Shown here: positions 8,714-19,965 of the stretch, piece after piece
How positions within the stretch are numbered: the stretch's first letter is position 1
Layout: every line of letters begins with the position of its first letter
Assembly: GCA_020184695.1 (NCBI GenBank)
Contig: JAANOX010000153.1
Coordinates: 1 to 64,000, forward strand
Length of the DNA: 64,000 nucleotides
Direction of reading: 5' to 3'
From: Histomonas meleagridis 2922-C6/04-290x
Lineage: Eukaryota > Protista > Parabasalia
Notes under the pieces: generated by a model
What the model saw: the letters and a program-made list of their open reading frames with translations, nothing else
The model's database searches: none
Told to the model about the DNA's origin: nothing
Made by a program: the position numbers and the translations under genes

Positions 8714-10621
8714 TTACTTAAAATGAGCACAAAATTCATCAACAGTAAATGGTAAATCATACATACTAATACAACTTTCTATTTCTCTTACTACGATTTT
8801 TTCTTCTTTCTGTAATGCCAAATTAATTAATTTTTTCCATTCGTCATACGCCTTTAAATTTATTGCGTTATCACCCAAATATTCCACAATTGACCTAATT
8901 AAAGCCACGGCGATCAATTTCGACATCATTAATTCATTAGGATGTTCGAGTATAGTTTTTGGCATTCTTAACGCGTCTTTAATTTCTTGTGGCCAATCAT
9001 TACCTAATTCGACTGCATCACAGAAGTCATAATTATCATCGATGTACCATTTCATAGAGTTAAATGGGTCATAATTTTTACACTTTGGATATTTCTTATG
9101 AATTTCTCGTGCGTCATTTAATGATATCAATTTATTTAATAAGAACTCATTAATTAAATCGGATACATTTATCCATATCATTGGGCAATCATTAATTACT
9201 GAGTTATCATTATATTTCTGAATTGATATTAAAAGCGTTTTCTTAACATCATTCGATTTGGCCTTGTTTAATACTAATGTTTTAGCTACAAATCCACTAA
9301 AATGAATATGGTTTTGATGTTGATCAGGATATAAATCCATTGAAGCTAATAGGAAATTACTGATAGGTATAGATATTTGTTCAGCTTCATTTGAATCTTC
9401 ATAATTCGCATATAAGTTATTCACAAGTGATATGTCTTCATTAGAATTCGTTGGCATTATTTCATTACGTGAATTAACTTTACCTGTTAACCATTCATCT
9501 TTCTTCTCTGAGACATCAACGAAGAAGAAATAAAGTCGTTTCTTTAAGTTCTTCGATGTCTTTGCCCTTTCAAATAGTTCCCAAATTTCTGGAGCTTTAT
9601 CATTAACAAGTTTAGTAACATTTGGTCCTCCATGTGAAAAGAATGATTTCATCATTTCAACAAGATTCGAGACTTTCTCACTTTTAGGATTCTTAAGCTC
9701 TTTTAAGATACTATCGATAACTTTAAACGCTGATTGAATAATACTTTCTTCTTTGATAATTGATTTGTTTGATAAGGCGCCGAAAAATGCACTTGAACCG
9801 ATGCATGTAGCTGATGAAAAAGCATCGCCTTCCGTACCAGGATTTGCAATGATGTCGAAAAATAAATTTGTAGTTTTCTCAATAATTCGTTCAGTTAACA
9901 TTTTACATTTACTTGTGAAATCTGCATAGAGATCGGAAAAAAAATGCTCCTTAGAGGCTTTTTCAACAAGTGTGGTAACAATATAATCAATTCTTGGGAT
10001 ATTGTTTTGATTGGCTTGAACAATTTTCGCAATTTCAGAAACAGTATCATCAACATTACTCTTTGTAAGACGATTCATGGTTTGGTTGACAGTTGCCTTA
10101 AAGGCTTCATCGGAATTTTCATCATAATAACCAGTATTTTTTTCATATTGAGAAGTGGTAAATCTATTTGCATTCATAACAACTAACTCGGCCGAAGTTG
10201 AGCGTGGAGGCTTCGAATAACCCCATCCTTTTTTGTTGGATTTTCCTTTTTTACCACTTTGGGATTTACCTTGAGTAGAATTACATTCATAAACATAATT
10301 CATAAGCATAATAAAACCTTTTGTAGGTTTAATTAGCTGTTTAGATAAGCTTGTGTTAGATTCTTTTTCAAGATTATTAATGAAAGCAAGTAGTTCAGCC
10401 TTCGTATAACTTTTATTAAACGAAAATTTTAATTTATTGTCTTTAGATTTATCAGGCTTTTGAACGCTTGGATTAAAATTTTTTCTAGGAAGAATAGAAA
10501 TTTTGTTGACTGATGATTCTTTTTTTATTTCGATTTTTTTCCCATCAACAAGCAAATTGATCGCTGTTTTTTTAGGTTTCTCAACAGTAATACTTTCTTT
10601 TTGAGGTGTTCGATTTTCCAT
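8714..10621 (-). CDS. MIF4G-domain protein (eIF4G-like)
   Basis: VNQTMNRLTKSNVDDT..IVTTLVEKASKEHFFSDLYADF is a MIF4G signature, preceded by a low-complexity Lys/Ser N-terminus. First ATG at 10621. Confidence 0.75.
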   Translation of the reverse strand: MENRTPQKESITVEKPKKTAINLLVDGKKIEIKKESSVNKISILPRKNFNPSVQKPDKSKDNKLKFSFNKSYTKAELLAFINNLEKESNTSLSKQLIKPTKGFIMLMNYVYECNSTQGKSQSGKKGKSNKKGWGYSKPPRSTSAELVVMNANRFTTSQYEKNTGYYDENSDEAFKATVNQTMNRLTKSNVDDTVSEIAKIVQANQNNIPRIDYIVTTLVEKASKEHFFSDLYADFTSKCKMLTERIIEKTTNLFFDIIANPGTEGDAFSSATCIGSSAFFGALSNKSIIKEESIIQSAFKVIDSILKELKNPKSEKVSNLVEMMKSFFSHGGPNVTKLVNDKAPEIWELFERAKTSKNLKKRLYFFFVDVSEKKDEWLTGKVNSRNEIMPTNSNEDISLVNNLYANYEDSNEAEQISIPISNFLLASMDLYPDQHQNHIHFSGFVAKTLVLNKAKSNDVKKTLLISIQKYNDNSVINDCPMIWINVSDLINEFLLNKLISLNDAREIHKKYPKCKNYDPFNSMKWYIDDNYDFCDAVELGNDWPQEIKDALRMPKTILEHPNELMMSKLIAVALIRSIVEYLGDNAINLKAYDEWKKLINLALQKEEKIVVREIESCISMYDLPFTVDEFCAHFK

Positions 10622-10710
10622 TTCTTGTGATTTTGTCACTTTTGAATGCAGCTATTCTGGGTGTTTTTGGGAAAGTTATATTATAAATATGATTTTTATA
10701 AAAAACGTCA

Positions 10711-10783
10711 GCCTGCGTAGCATAGTGGTTATTGCGTTCGCCTTGTAAGCGAAAGGTCGGCGGTTCGACTCCGCTCGCAGGCA
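10711..10783 (+). tRNA. tRNA-Thr(UGU)
   Basis: Acceptor stem GCCTGCG/CGCAGGC, D arm with AGTGGT, anticodon arm TTCGC-CT-TGT-AA-GCGAA, T loop GGTTCGACTCC. No intron. Confidence 0.95.
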
Positions 10784-10785
10784 AA

Positions 10786-10791
10786 TTTTTT
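10786..10791 (+). terminator. Pol III oligo-dT terminator
   Basis: T6 run immediately 3' of the tRNA, followed by a T7 run. Confidence 0.55.
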
Positions 10792-10851
10792 AATTTTTTT
10801 CTTATTTGTTATTCTCTGATTATTTACTGGGGTATCCCTAATTTAGAACTT

Positions 10852-13800
10852 ATGGGATTGTTTAGTTTTTTGAAGCCAAAAGCTATTGCAAGCCCAATAC
10901 ATAAGATTTGGGTGAAGTGGTTTACCGCTGAGTCATCCCGTAAGGACAGTCAAATTGCATCTTTTCCAGATCTTCAAAATATATTATCTCGAATTCCAGA
11001 CAAAGTATATACAAGGCAAGAAATTAAAGCTTCAAGTAATCTCTCTGAAGAAGAATTCTTTGTTAAACTCTTCCATTTAGATCAACCTTTAATACCCGAA
11101 TATTCTGAGTTAACATCTTATTTTTTGTCCAATCAAGAGATCTGTGCCAAAATAGATAAAGCCTTTATGCCAATTGCACCTATCTTTTTTCAATATCTAA
11201 TAATTTTTATGTATCAAATAAAAATTGTTTTTCCACAAGCCATTGCTGGCCATCCTGAGAGCCTTGATAAACTTCGTAAATTAATAGAATTGTTTCAATT
11301 GTTTTCATATCTACCCACATTTTTTGAAGAAGCAATTCAATTATCAGATTCATTATTTAAGCAACTTGATTTATATTTAAATTTATCAAATGAAGGACTA
11401 CCGCCATCTAATGATATTTCTGTTGTAATTTCAGGGATTCTTAATATGTTTTTTAAATATACAGATAATCATGATTGTTCAAATGATGTTTTTATACCTA
11501 TTTTCCAATTTTATATTCATTATTATGAATTCCAAATTGAGAAATTTGTCTCTAGACCCGAAAGTTTTGACTCCATAGTATTAAAAGATTGTAAACATTT
11601 ACCATTAAGTTTTCTTAAATTAAAACCCAAATTTTCTATACAACATTATTCTAAATTATTTAAACCAGTGTTACAAATTGGTTTTAATTTATTAAGTTTT
11701 ATATATTTAGATTCAGGTCGATATGATCCACAAAAACTATTTAAATTAGGGATTTCATTTTTACGTTTTTTACATTATTGTACTGATTTAGGACCAGAGT
11801 TTGCTATGGGTATATGGGAACATCAAATGTTTCATTTTATATGTTTTTTTACTATATGGTCTATTGATCGATTTCCATTTGTTGGTTTTGAGTTATATCA
11901 TGATTTTGATGAGACTGAATTAGAATTAATTTCAACTGAATTCATAAATTCATTAAAACCTATAAACTTAGAAAAACATGAGTTTTTAACAGTAAACACA
12001 TTTTCTAATCCTATTTTGATTAATGAAATTAATTGTTGTTCATCACTTAGAGATCCTGATCAATTAGCACGATTTGATTTTAATGGAATTGATAATATAA
12101 TATTAAAAGTCGAAAAATTAGATTTATTAATTACTATATTAAAAAGTTTTACTATTTATCCTTCATCGATATTATTTTTAAAGACTTTTACACAAGTTTC
12201 ATTAGAATTTACTAAATCTATTTTAGATAAATCTAATCAACAAATTAAATTATTAACAATTCCCGAAGTATTAACAGCAGAAATTACTTATTTCATTGTA
12301 CAATTTTTATTATCTATTGATATTATTAAAGTTTCTAATGCATTATCATTATTTCATGGATTTGATAAATTATTGGATAACTTTGCATTTAATAAAAAAC
12401 ATAATATGTGGACAACTAAACAAGATTCACCTTATTTAGGATTTTTTTGTTTATTACGAACTACAATTTATCAATTATTTGCACAATGTTATGTTAAAGA
12501 TCCACAAAATGCAAATCAAGTATTATCAGCTGTTAGTAATATCTTTAAATATTCTACACCACAAATGGCTGATGAAGCAGTAAAGTTTTTAACTACATTA
12601 TTTAAAGCTAATCCAGATTCATTTATATCATCAATTACACCTAATTTAATTGAGACTATTATAGTAAATTATGAATTAAAATTACATTCAATACAATTAA
12701 GAATTATCTCTGAGAATATTAATTCGACATTTTTATTTAATGTAGGACAATCAAGTATTCAAATCTTAAATTTAATTGACTTGTTTTTACATGATGATAA
12801 AGCACGATGTTTTTTATTTTGTATTTCAACATTTGTAAAAATGTTATTCCATTTATTATTTGATCCAATGATTCAAGAATTCACATTAAATTTAATTAAA
12901 AAAGGTTTGTTATTAGATTCTGGTTCATTTGATCCTAAATTACAAAAGACACCATTTGATCATTTATTCCCAGAGATCCAAAAATTATTTCAAGAATCAT
13001 TAACACATAAAAATGATAAAAGATGGATAGATTTAATATTAAAATTCTTGAAGATGAATGTTGAAATTTTACAATTAAATCGACAATCAATTTTACCATA
13101 TGTAGAAAAATTTAATTATATGGAATCAATTTCTTTATTACCTACAATATCAGATGAATTTGAAAATCATATGAATGTAGTTAATAATGTATTACGATGT
13201 TATGCACCTATAACAGAAGCTAATGATCAAATGAGGAAAAGAGTTGCAACATTTCCAATGCATGAAATCCAAAAGTCTATAATGGGTTTACCATTTGGTG
13301 AAGAAACTATTAATTTATTATTACGATTATTATTTGAACAACCAATCTCATTATCGAATTTACCAAAATCGGCCGAAATTCATAATCAAAAGATATTACC
13401 ATTTTTACATAATACTACACAACATTTACCTCAACATACAATTATCTTTTGTTTTATTTCTAAGATTTGTTCACCATCAGTCACAAATAAATTAAAAGTA
13501 TTTCGATCTAAAATGCCAATCTGTATTTTGAAATATATACAATCATTTTCTTGTAATTTAGATTGTACACCAGAACAACATACATCAATTAATACATTAT
13601 TAAATTTATTTTCAACTGTTTCATCATTTGTATTTCATTGGAAAACATTTTTCGAATGTATTCGATCGATGAGACCTTTTCCTCAAAATCAAAGAGCTTG
13701 GTGGACTAGTATATTAATATCATGTTTTACTAATATATTATCATCAATTACACGTGAAACACCTTCTTCTTTCTTCCATTTCGATGGACGTCATTCAGGT

Positions 13801-16800
13801 ATTTATTTACCACAAATTGATTCGAATTATATATCAAATAAATTCTCATTTGTTGTTAGGTTTGAATTAGGTGCAGTTTGGGGTTTACCTAATACTAAAC
13901 CTTGTTTATTATGTTTTGTTACTACATCTAATCAAAGACTTGAATTATATTTCGAAAAGAATAATTTAGTAATAGAATATCAACGAAGTGAAAAAGCGCC
14001 ATTATTAAAACATATGTTAAATTATGATTTTGAAAGTAATCATTGGTATCATTTAGTTGTAACTATTGATAGTAGTTTAATCTCATTTTATATTGATGGT
14101 AAACCAAGTCAAAAATTCCAATTAAAACGTCAATTAAAATTCACTCAAAATATTAATGATGGTGTTATAGGTAATATATCTAAATCAAAAATAGCCGCAA
14201 GTGAATCACCTTTAATATTTAATGTAAGTTGTTTATATTTATTTAGTACTTCTTTATCGAGTTCTATAATTTCTTCAATGTCTTTATTACCATTAGATTT
14301 TGTATATAATTTTTCCCCTTCGACAATGTTATCTTATAAAGAATTACCTCAAGAATGTACTTCTTTATTTAATGAAACTAGTCCATTAAATTTGAATTTA
14401 ATATTTTGTTTTAATGCAAGAATGACTATTGGTAATATATGTGCAAATTTAGCTAAAAATGATATACAAAATGCTACTGTTAAAGGTCAAATTATACCAT
14501 TTTCTACAACGTTTTGTGATGTAACTACAAATTTGGGAGGATTAAAAACATTTTTACCTTTATTTGAACAAGTTGATTATCCAATATATAAAGAAACTGA
14601 TTGTGATTCATCGAATTTCTTACATTCATTAGTTGGTTTATTTGCAAGGTTTTGTATTTGTAGTGATATAATTCAATCTGATTTTATACATGTAGATGGA
14701 TTTAAATGTTTATCTTCTTTATTAAGTAAAATTAAGCCTTCTACATTCACAAGACAAATCTGTAATCAATTATTAGATTTTTATTCAGAATTAAATTGTG
14801 ATGAATATAAATTAACAATGATTAGAGATTTTTGGATGAATTTTACTTTATGGAGACATACACCTTCTGATATTCAAATTTATTTAATTGAACATTGTTA
14901 TAATACTTTATTAAAACAAGATATTGATTTAATTAAAGCAGCAACTTCAGTTAATGACTTTATTATGTTAGTATCTGATGAAAAGAATGTAGAAATTCGA
15001 AAATGTTATTGGAAATTTGTACGGAAATTAGCTAAATATCAATTTACTTTAGAAGATCAACGTTCTTTATTTATATTATCTACTTTAGAAGATAATGTTG
15101 ATTTACATTTAGAAGCGTTAACTAATATGCATAAATTAATGTTAAAACGTATTGGTAATTATCATAAATTCATCGAAAACTATGGTTATTATGATGAATT
15201 TATTATATTATTTAGTTCTCCTTATGAACAAGTTCGATTATTTGGATTAAAATTTTTGACATTAATTTTCTCATTTGAAATTTCTAATGAAATTAAAATT
15301 CCACCAAATCAATTTAATCAATCATTTTTAACATCTATTTCAATGTTTAATCCTTATAATGGTACAAATGAAATGTGGAATGCTTCAATGAATTACTTTT
15401 TTGATTCAAGTTTACCATTACAAAAACATATATTTCCATTTATATGTTTTATTTCTAATTATTATGAACTTGATGTAATTCGTAAATTTATATCAGATTT
15501 AAATAATAGTTTTGATGATTTAACATCGACTAAATGTATTTCTTTAATATCAATACCTGCATGGTATCGATGGTTTTTCCATTTAATGTTACAAGGGAAT
15601 CGTCCTGAATTAAAATTTGATGAAGATGAAGAAATGATACAAATCTTTGCAAAGTTATGTTCGACAATTATTTTAAAGAACAATAAAAATAATTCATTTG
15701 GAGAAGTTTTAGCTTATTTCCAATCATTAGAAATCATTCATAATTGGGATATTACATTATTTTTACGGAAAATGTTTTGTAAATTAATTGAATATTTACA
15801 ACCATATATAAATGAAACTATTTTAGCAATAGTCGTTAAAGAGATATTTTGTTATTTATTTTATATACCTTCAACAGAACCATTTTATTATAATTCACAA
15901 TTATTATCTTTACATGATATACCAATTCATAATAATTTATCAAGTTTTACACAAGGTCATACATTATTAAAAATACCAGATGAAAAAGTACCAATACCTA
16001 ATAATTATTCATATAATTTTTCGGCTAGAATTGAACCTAATGGTACATGGTTAGATATCGATGTAGCATTTTCATTAATAGATTTTATTGGTTTATTAAT
16101 AAATCCTCCACAAGTTAATGAAGCAGAAACACGAAAAATTTATGATTTATCATTTACTATGTTTGATTGTCAATTTAAATATTATGATATTTATTCTTTC
16201 ATTTTATATTTCATTGTTAGAATTAGTCCTATAGGTTTTGATCCTTATAAATTATTTTATGAAAGATATAATAATAAGGCTTATTATCATTCACAAGAAG
16301 TTTATATGTTTGCTAATGCTTTTTATCATTATTGTATTAAAAAGAAATCTTATAATATGTTCGATGTATTTATAGAAAACTTTAAAATTCCTTTTAATAA
16401 AATATTACAATCAAATTCAAATACATTCTTTAAACAAACTATTGAACAAGACTTTTTAGAATTAACTAAAGAACCAGTTTTAAATTATTTTAATTTAATT
16501 CGAAGTAAATCTGATTCATATAAAGATCAAATGATAAATTTATTATTATCATTACCTACAAAAGATAAAATATTTAAACAACAAGATAAAAAGTTATCAC
16601 ATTCTAATCAATATTTAGAAGTACATAAGAATGAATATGAACGATTTATAAGTGAAGTACAACGCTTAAAAATAATATGTGAAAAAGCTTATAAACATAT
16701 ATCAAGAGATTTATCATCTAATGGAGGACCTTGGTGTATATCAGGGAAGATTAAACATTGGAAATTATGGAATATTAATGATTGTAAATTTAGACGTATT

Positions 16801-19206
16801 TATATGAAGCCTAATTTGAAATTCGAAGATCATATGATGGCATCATTTATGAGAGATGGATCTAATGCAGAAAATGCTCAAGTTAAATATGAGAAATGGT
16901 TAGATGCACAAGATTTACCTCCATCTAAAATAGATGAAGATGAAGAAATGATTGATGTTAATATTGAGATTAATTCACAAAAAGATTGTTTGTTTTCAAC
17001 ACAATCAAGATTAATAATGATTACTGATCAATATGAAGGTAATTTTTATATATATAAAGAAGAGATTTGTTTTGATGGTTCTGAACCTTCATCTAAATCA
17101 GTACAATTTCCTTTATCTTCTATAACAATGATATTACATCGTTCTTATTTACATTTTGATTATGGTTTAGAATTCTTTTTAACAAGTCAAAAGTCATATT
17201 TCTTCTTCTTTAATAAAGGGAATCGATCTAAAATATTACAAATAATGAAAAATAGTTCATTACCTAATTTGAAGCCAGGAGGATTACAATTAACATCATC
17301 TAAAGAATGTATATTACCTTATACAGAGAAATGGAAGAATGGATTAATCTCAAATTATGAATATTTAATGTATGTTAATTTAATAGGTGGAAGAAGTTTT
17401 AATGACTTATCACAATATCCAGTATTTCCATGGGTATTAAGTAATTATTCATCCGAAACTTTAGATTTAAATGATCCTAAGAATTATCGTGATTTATCTA
17501 AACCTATTGGTACATTAAATCCAAAACGATTACAAAAATTAATCGAAACTTATGAATTATGTCCTGATTCACCAGAGAAATGTTTATATCGATTACATTA
17601 TTCGAATGCATTTTATGTAGCACATTATTTAGTTCGATTAGAACCTTATACTACATTTCATATTAAAGTTCAAGATGAAAAATTCGATAAACCAAATCGA
17701 ATGTTTTGGAATATTGAAAAAAGTTATAATGCAGTAACATCATTAAATAATGACTTCCGAGAATTAATACCAGAATTCTTTACATTACCAGATTTCTTAA
17801 TTAATCATAATAACTTTGATTTAGGTAATCATGATGAATTAAATCTACGTATTAATGACGTAGTATTACCTCCATGGGCTAAAGATGCTGATGACTTTAT
17901 ACATATTCATCGGAAAGCTTTAGAAAGTCGTTATGTTTCACAACATTTAAATGAATGGATTGATTTAATATTTGGGTATGCACAAACAGGAGAAAATGCA
18001 GTTAAAATGAATAATACATTTCATGCGTATTGTTATCAATCATCGATTAGTAAATATAATGCTAATTCTAATCCAGAATTAATCAAACAAATACAAATCC
18101 TTGCAAGTAATGTTGGTATTATTCCACGACAATTATTTACGTCAGCACATCCTAAGAAATTATATTATTATCCACCAATAATGAAGTTAGGGCATACATA
18201 TTTGTTTCATTTATTAATCACGTTAAATATGAATATATGTTATTTAACATTCTTTAATGATAATTTATATATGTTAACTAATCATTTACAATTAATATCA
18301 ATGAATTTACCGAAAACTTTTCGGAATTCAACATTCCAACCAATATTTGTTAATTTAGGTTCATTAAATAAATATTTATATATAACTAATAATGGTACTA
18401 TACCACCAAAATCTTTAGTCTTCTTAACAGAACCTTCAAGAATTATAACTTCTTCTTTATGGGATAACTCTTTTCATGTGTTTCGAATAGAACAAAATAG
18501 TATTAATCATTGTTATTCACAAAGTCAAAAGTATTCTTTGATATCAGCATTATGTAATGCTGGTGGACAAAACCTTTTGACTTCTTGGAGAGATTCATCA
18601 TTAACTTTATGGAATATTAATCAACTTGAAAAGAATAATCAGCCATTATATCGTGTTACTCCACATTTAACTTCATTAGTTGATATTGACGCAAATCAAA
18701 ATATGAAAATTATCGCAAGTTTGGATAAGAATAAACAATTAGTTTTATCACATTTATCAACTGGTAGATATATTAGAGCAATCGATATCGACGTACAAGG
18801 AATAGTACAAAAAGTTATGTTGTTCGATATCGGATACATCGCAATTGCGTCCGGAATACAAAAACCTGCACCGGAAACAACAATAAGTATTTATAATATT
18901 AATACAAGGTTTATAAAGGAAACTAAATTCGATAATACAATCCAATATTGGAGAAAAGTAGAAGTGGATAATGGATTTAGTGGTATTGGTGTAGTGTTAG
19001 AAAATGGATGTTTCATTTTGTTGGAATTACCTTCGTTGGAAAAATTAATGAATATTAAGTTGGATAGAAAAATTATGTCTTTCATTTTCATCCAACAATA
19101 TTTGACTTTCTTTTTAGTAGATGAAAATAATAATTTGTTGTATTTGGATTTAGAACAAAAAACGGCATTTAAAAGAAAAGGTTCTCAAAAGAAAATAGGA
19201 AATTAA
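10852..19206 (+). CDS. BEACH-domain protein (neurobeachin/LYST/WDFY-like; ConA-like, PH-BEACH, WD40), ~2784 aa
   Basis: BEACH motifs WKNGLISNYEYLMYVNLIGGRSFNDLSQYPVFPWV, RELIPEFF, LPPWA and EWIDLIFGY, with C-terminal WD40-like repeats. True ATG taken at 10852, since the ORF-track start lies inside the tRNA. Confidence 0.92.
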   Translation: MGLFSFLKPKAIASPIHKIWVKWFTAESSRKDSQIASFPDLQNILSRIPDKVYTRQEIKASSNLSEEEFFVKLFHLDQPLIPEYSELTSYFLSNQEICAKIDKAFMPIAPIFFQYLIIFMYQIKIVFPQAIAGHPESLDKLRKLIELFQLFSYLPTFFEEAIQLSDSLFKQLDLYLNLSNEGLPPSNDISVVISGILNMFFKYTDNHDCSNDVFIPIFQFYIHYYEFQIEKFVSRPESFDSIVLKDCKHLPLSFLKLKPKFSIQHYSKLFKPVLQIGFNLLSFIYLDSGRYDPQKLFKLGISFLRFLHYCTDLGPEFAMGIWEHQMFHFICFFTIWSIDRFPFVGFELYHDFDETELELISTEFINSLKPINLEKHEFLTVNTFSNPILINEINCCSSLRDPDQLARFDFNGIDNIILKVEKLDLLITILKSFTIYPSSILFLKTFTQVSLEFTKSILDKSNQQIKLLTIPEVLTAEITYFIVQFLLSIDIIKVSNALSLFHGFDKLLDNFAFNKKHNMWTTKQDSPYLGFFCLLRTTIYQLFAQCYVKDPQNANQVLSAVSNIFKYSTPQMADEAVKFLTTLFKANPDSFISSITPNLIETIIVNYELKLHSIQLRIISENINSTFLFNVGQSSIQILNLIDLFLHDDKARCFLFCISTFVKMLFHLLFDPMIQEFTLNLIKKGLLLDSGSFDPKLQKTPFDHLFPEIQKLFQESLTHKNDKRWIDLILKFLKMNVEILQLNRQSILPYVEKFNYMESISLLPTISDEFENHMNVVNNVLRCYAPITEANDQMRKRVATFPMHEIQKSIMGLPFGEETINLLLRLLFEQPISLSNLPKSAEIHNQKILPFLHNTTQHLPQHTIIFCFISKICSPSVTNKLKVFRSKMPICILKYIQSFSCNLDCTPEQHTSINTLLNLFSTVSSFVFHWKTFFECIRSMRPFPQNQRAWWTSILISCFTNILSSITRETPSSFFHFDGRHSGIYLPQIDSNYISNKFSFVVRFELGAVWGLPNTKPCLLCFVTTSNQRLELYFEKNNLVIEYQRSEKAPLLKHMLNYDFESNHWYHLVVTIDSSLISFYIDGKPSQKFQLKRQLKFTQNINDGVIGNISKSKIAASESPLIFNVSCLYLFSTSLSSSIISSMSLLPLDFVYNFSPSTMLSYKELPQECTSLFNETSPLNLNLIFCFNARMTIGNICANLAKNDIQNATVKGQIIPFSTTFCDVTTNLGGLKTFLPLFEQVDYPIYKETDCDSSNFLHSLVGLFARFCICSDIIQSDFIHVDGFKCLSSLLSKIKPSTFTRQICNQLLDFYSELNCDEYKLTMIRDFWMNFTLWRHTPSDIQIYLIEHCYNTLLKQDIDLIKAATSVNDFIMLVSDEKNVEIRKCYWKFVRKLAKYQFTLEDQRSLFILSTLEDNVDLHLEALTNMHKLMLKRIGNYHKFIENYGYYDEFIILFSSPYEQVRLFGLKFLTLIFSFEISNEIKIPPNQFNQSFLTSISMFNPYNGTNEMWNASMNYFFDSSLPLQKHIFPFICFISNYYELDVIRKFISDLNNSFDDLTSTKCISLISIPAWYRWFFHLMLQGNRPELKFDEDEEMIQIFAKLCSTIILKNNKNNSFGEVLAYFQSLEIIHNWDITLFLRKMFCKLIEYLQPYINETILAIVVKEIFCYLFYIPSTEPFYYNSQLLSLHDIPIHNNLSSFTQGHTLLKIPDEKVPIPNNYSYNFSARIEPNGTWLDIDVAFSLIDFIGLLINPPQVNEAETRKIYDLSFTMFDCQFKYYDIYSFILYFIVRISPIGFDPYKLFYERYNNKAYYHSQEVYMFANAFYHYCIKKKSYNMFDVFIENFKIPFNKILQSNSNTFFKQTIEQDFLELTKEPVLNYFNLIRSKSDSYKDQMINLLLSLPTKDKIFKQQDKKLSHSNQYLEVHKNEYERFISEVQRLKIICEKAYKHISRDLSSNGGPWCISGKIKHWKLWNINDCKFRRIYMKPNLKFEDHMMASFMRDGSNAENAQVKYEKWLDAQDLPPSKIDEDEEMIDVNIEINSQKDCLFSTQSRLIMITDQYEGNFYIYKEEICFDGSEPSSKSVQFPLSSITMILHRSYLHFDYGLEFFLTSQKSYFFFFNKGNRSKILQIMKNSSLPNLKPGGLQLTSSKECILPYTEKWKNGLISNYEYLMYVNLIGGRSFNDLSQYPVFPWVLSNYSSETLDLNDPKNYRDLSKPIGTLNPKRLQKLIETYELCPDSPEKCLYRLHYSNAFYVAHYLVRLEPYTTFHIKVQDEKFDKPNRMFWNIEKSYNAVTSLNNDFRELIPEFFTLPDFLINHNNFDLGNHDELNLRINDVVLPPWAKDADDFIHIHRKALESRYVSQHLNEWIDLIFGYAQTGENAVKMNNTFHAYCYQSSISKYNANSNPELIKQIQILASNVGIIPRQLFTSAHPKKLYYYPPIMKLGHTYLFHLLITLNMNICYLTFFNDNLYMLTNHLQLISMNLPKTFRNSTFQPIFVNLGSLNKYLYITNNGTIPPKSLVFLTEPSRIITSSLWDNSFHVFRIEQNSINHCYSQSQKYSLISALCNAGGQNLLTSWRDSSLTLWNINQLEKNNQPLYRVTPHLTSLVDIDANQNMKIIASLDKNKQLVLSHLSTGRYIRAIDIDVQGIVQKVMLFDIGYIAIASGIQKPAPETTISIYNINTRFIKETKFDNTIQYWRKVEVDNGFSGIGVVLENGCFILLELPSLEKLMNIKLDRKIMSFIFIQQYLTFFLVDENNNLLYLDLEQKTAFKRKGSQKKIGN

Positions 19207-19312
19207 AAAGAAAAAAAAAGCGATTTTTAAATAAAAAAAAATTAAAAAAATTTTTTTTGTAGAAAGGAAATCACTTGTAAAAAGTGGCGTTAACGGTCGT
19301 GTTATGGCTGGC

Positions 19313-19327
19313 AAAACCGTCCCCTTT
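19313..19327 (+). promoter_or_regulatory. M3-like (reverse CGGTTTT) and M5-like (CCTTT) core promoter of RPL23
   Basis: AAAACCG at 19313-19319 and CCTTT at 19323-19327, 6 nt before the ATG. Matches the Trichomonas M3/M5 elements described for ribosomal-protein genes. Confidence 0.55.
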
Positions 19328-19333
19328 TGGAGG

Positions 19334-19756
19334 ATGTCAAAGAGAGGACGTACTGGTCAACAAGGGACAAAATTCGCAATGACACTTGCTTTACCAGTGG
19401 GTGCTGTTGTTCAATGTGCTGATAATTCAGGTGCTAAAACAATGTTTGTTATTTCAAAACGTGGACATAAAGGTAGATTAAATAGACTTCCAGCTGCTAC
19501 AGTTTCTGATCTTATTGTTGTTACAATTAAGAAAGGTAAGCCAACACTTCGTAAAAAGGTTATGTGCGCAGTTATTGTTCGTCAAAAGAGATTATGGCGT
19601 CGTAAAGATGGCGTTGTCATAGGATTCGAAGATAATGCAGGTGTCGTAATCAATGATAAGGGTGAAATGAAAGGTTCTGCTATTACAGGTCCTGTTGCTA
19701 AAGAATGTGCTGAACTTTGGCCAAAGATTGCCAGCGTTGCTCCTGCAGTTTTCTAA
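19334..19756 (+). CDS. RPL23: 60S ribosomal protein L23 (uL14)
   Basis: [61 protein letters not shown]. Confidence 0.97.
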   Translation: MSKRGRTGQQGTKFAMTLALPVGAVVQCADNSGAKTMFVISKRGHKGRLNRLPAATVSDLIVVTIKKGKPTLRKKVMCAVIVRQKRLWRRKDGVVIGFEDNAGVVINDKGEMKGSAITGPVAKECAELWPKIASVAPAVF

Positions 19757-19965
19757 ATCAAATACAACAACATGATATTAATTTTTATTAAATATTTTTT
19801 TAAAAATGAGAACTTTTTGTTACTTTTTTGACCTTTTGACTTAAAAAAAAATTGTGAAAATAAACCACTGAAAAATTGTGGTTGAATAAACATTAATGTT
19901 AAAAAGTGTCAAATGGCAGATATTTATTCATAAAAATAAATGGTTTACATAGATCAAACTGAAAA

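Noticed and set aside
10732-10851. 40-aa N-terminal extension of the BEACH ORF
   Set aside because: It begins at a non-ATG codon inside the tRNA and is treated as an ORF-finder artefact.
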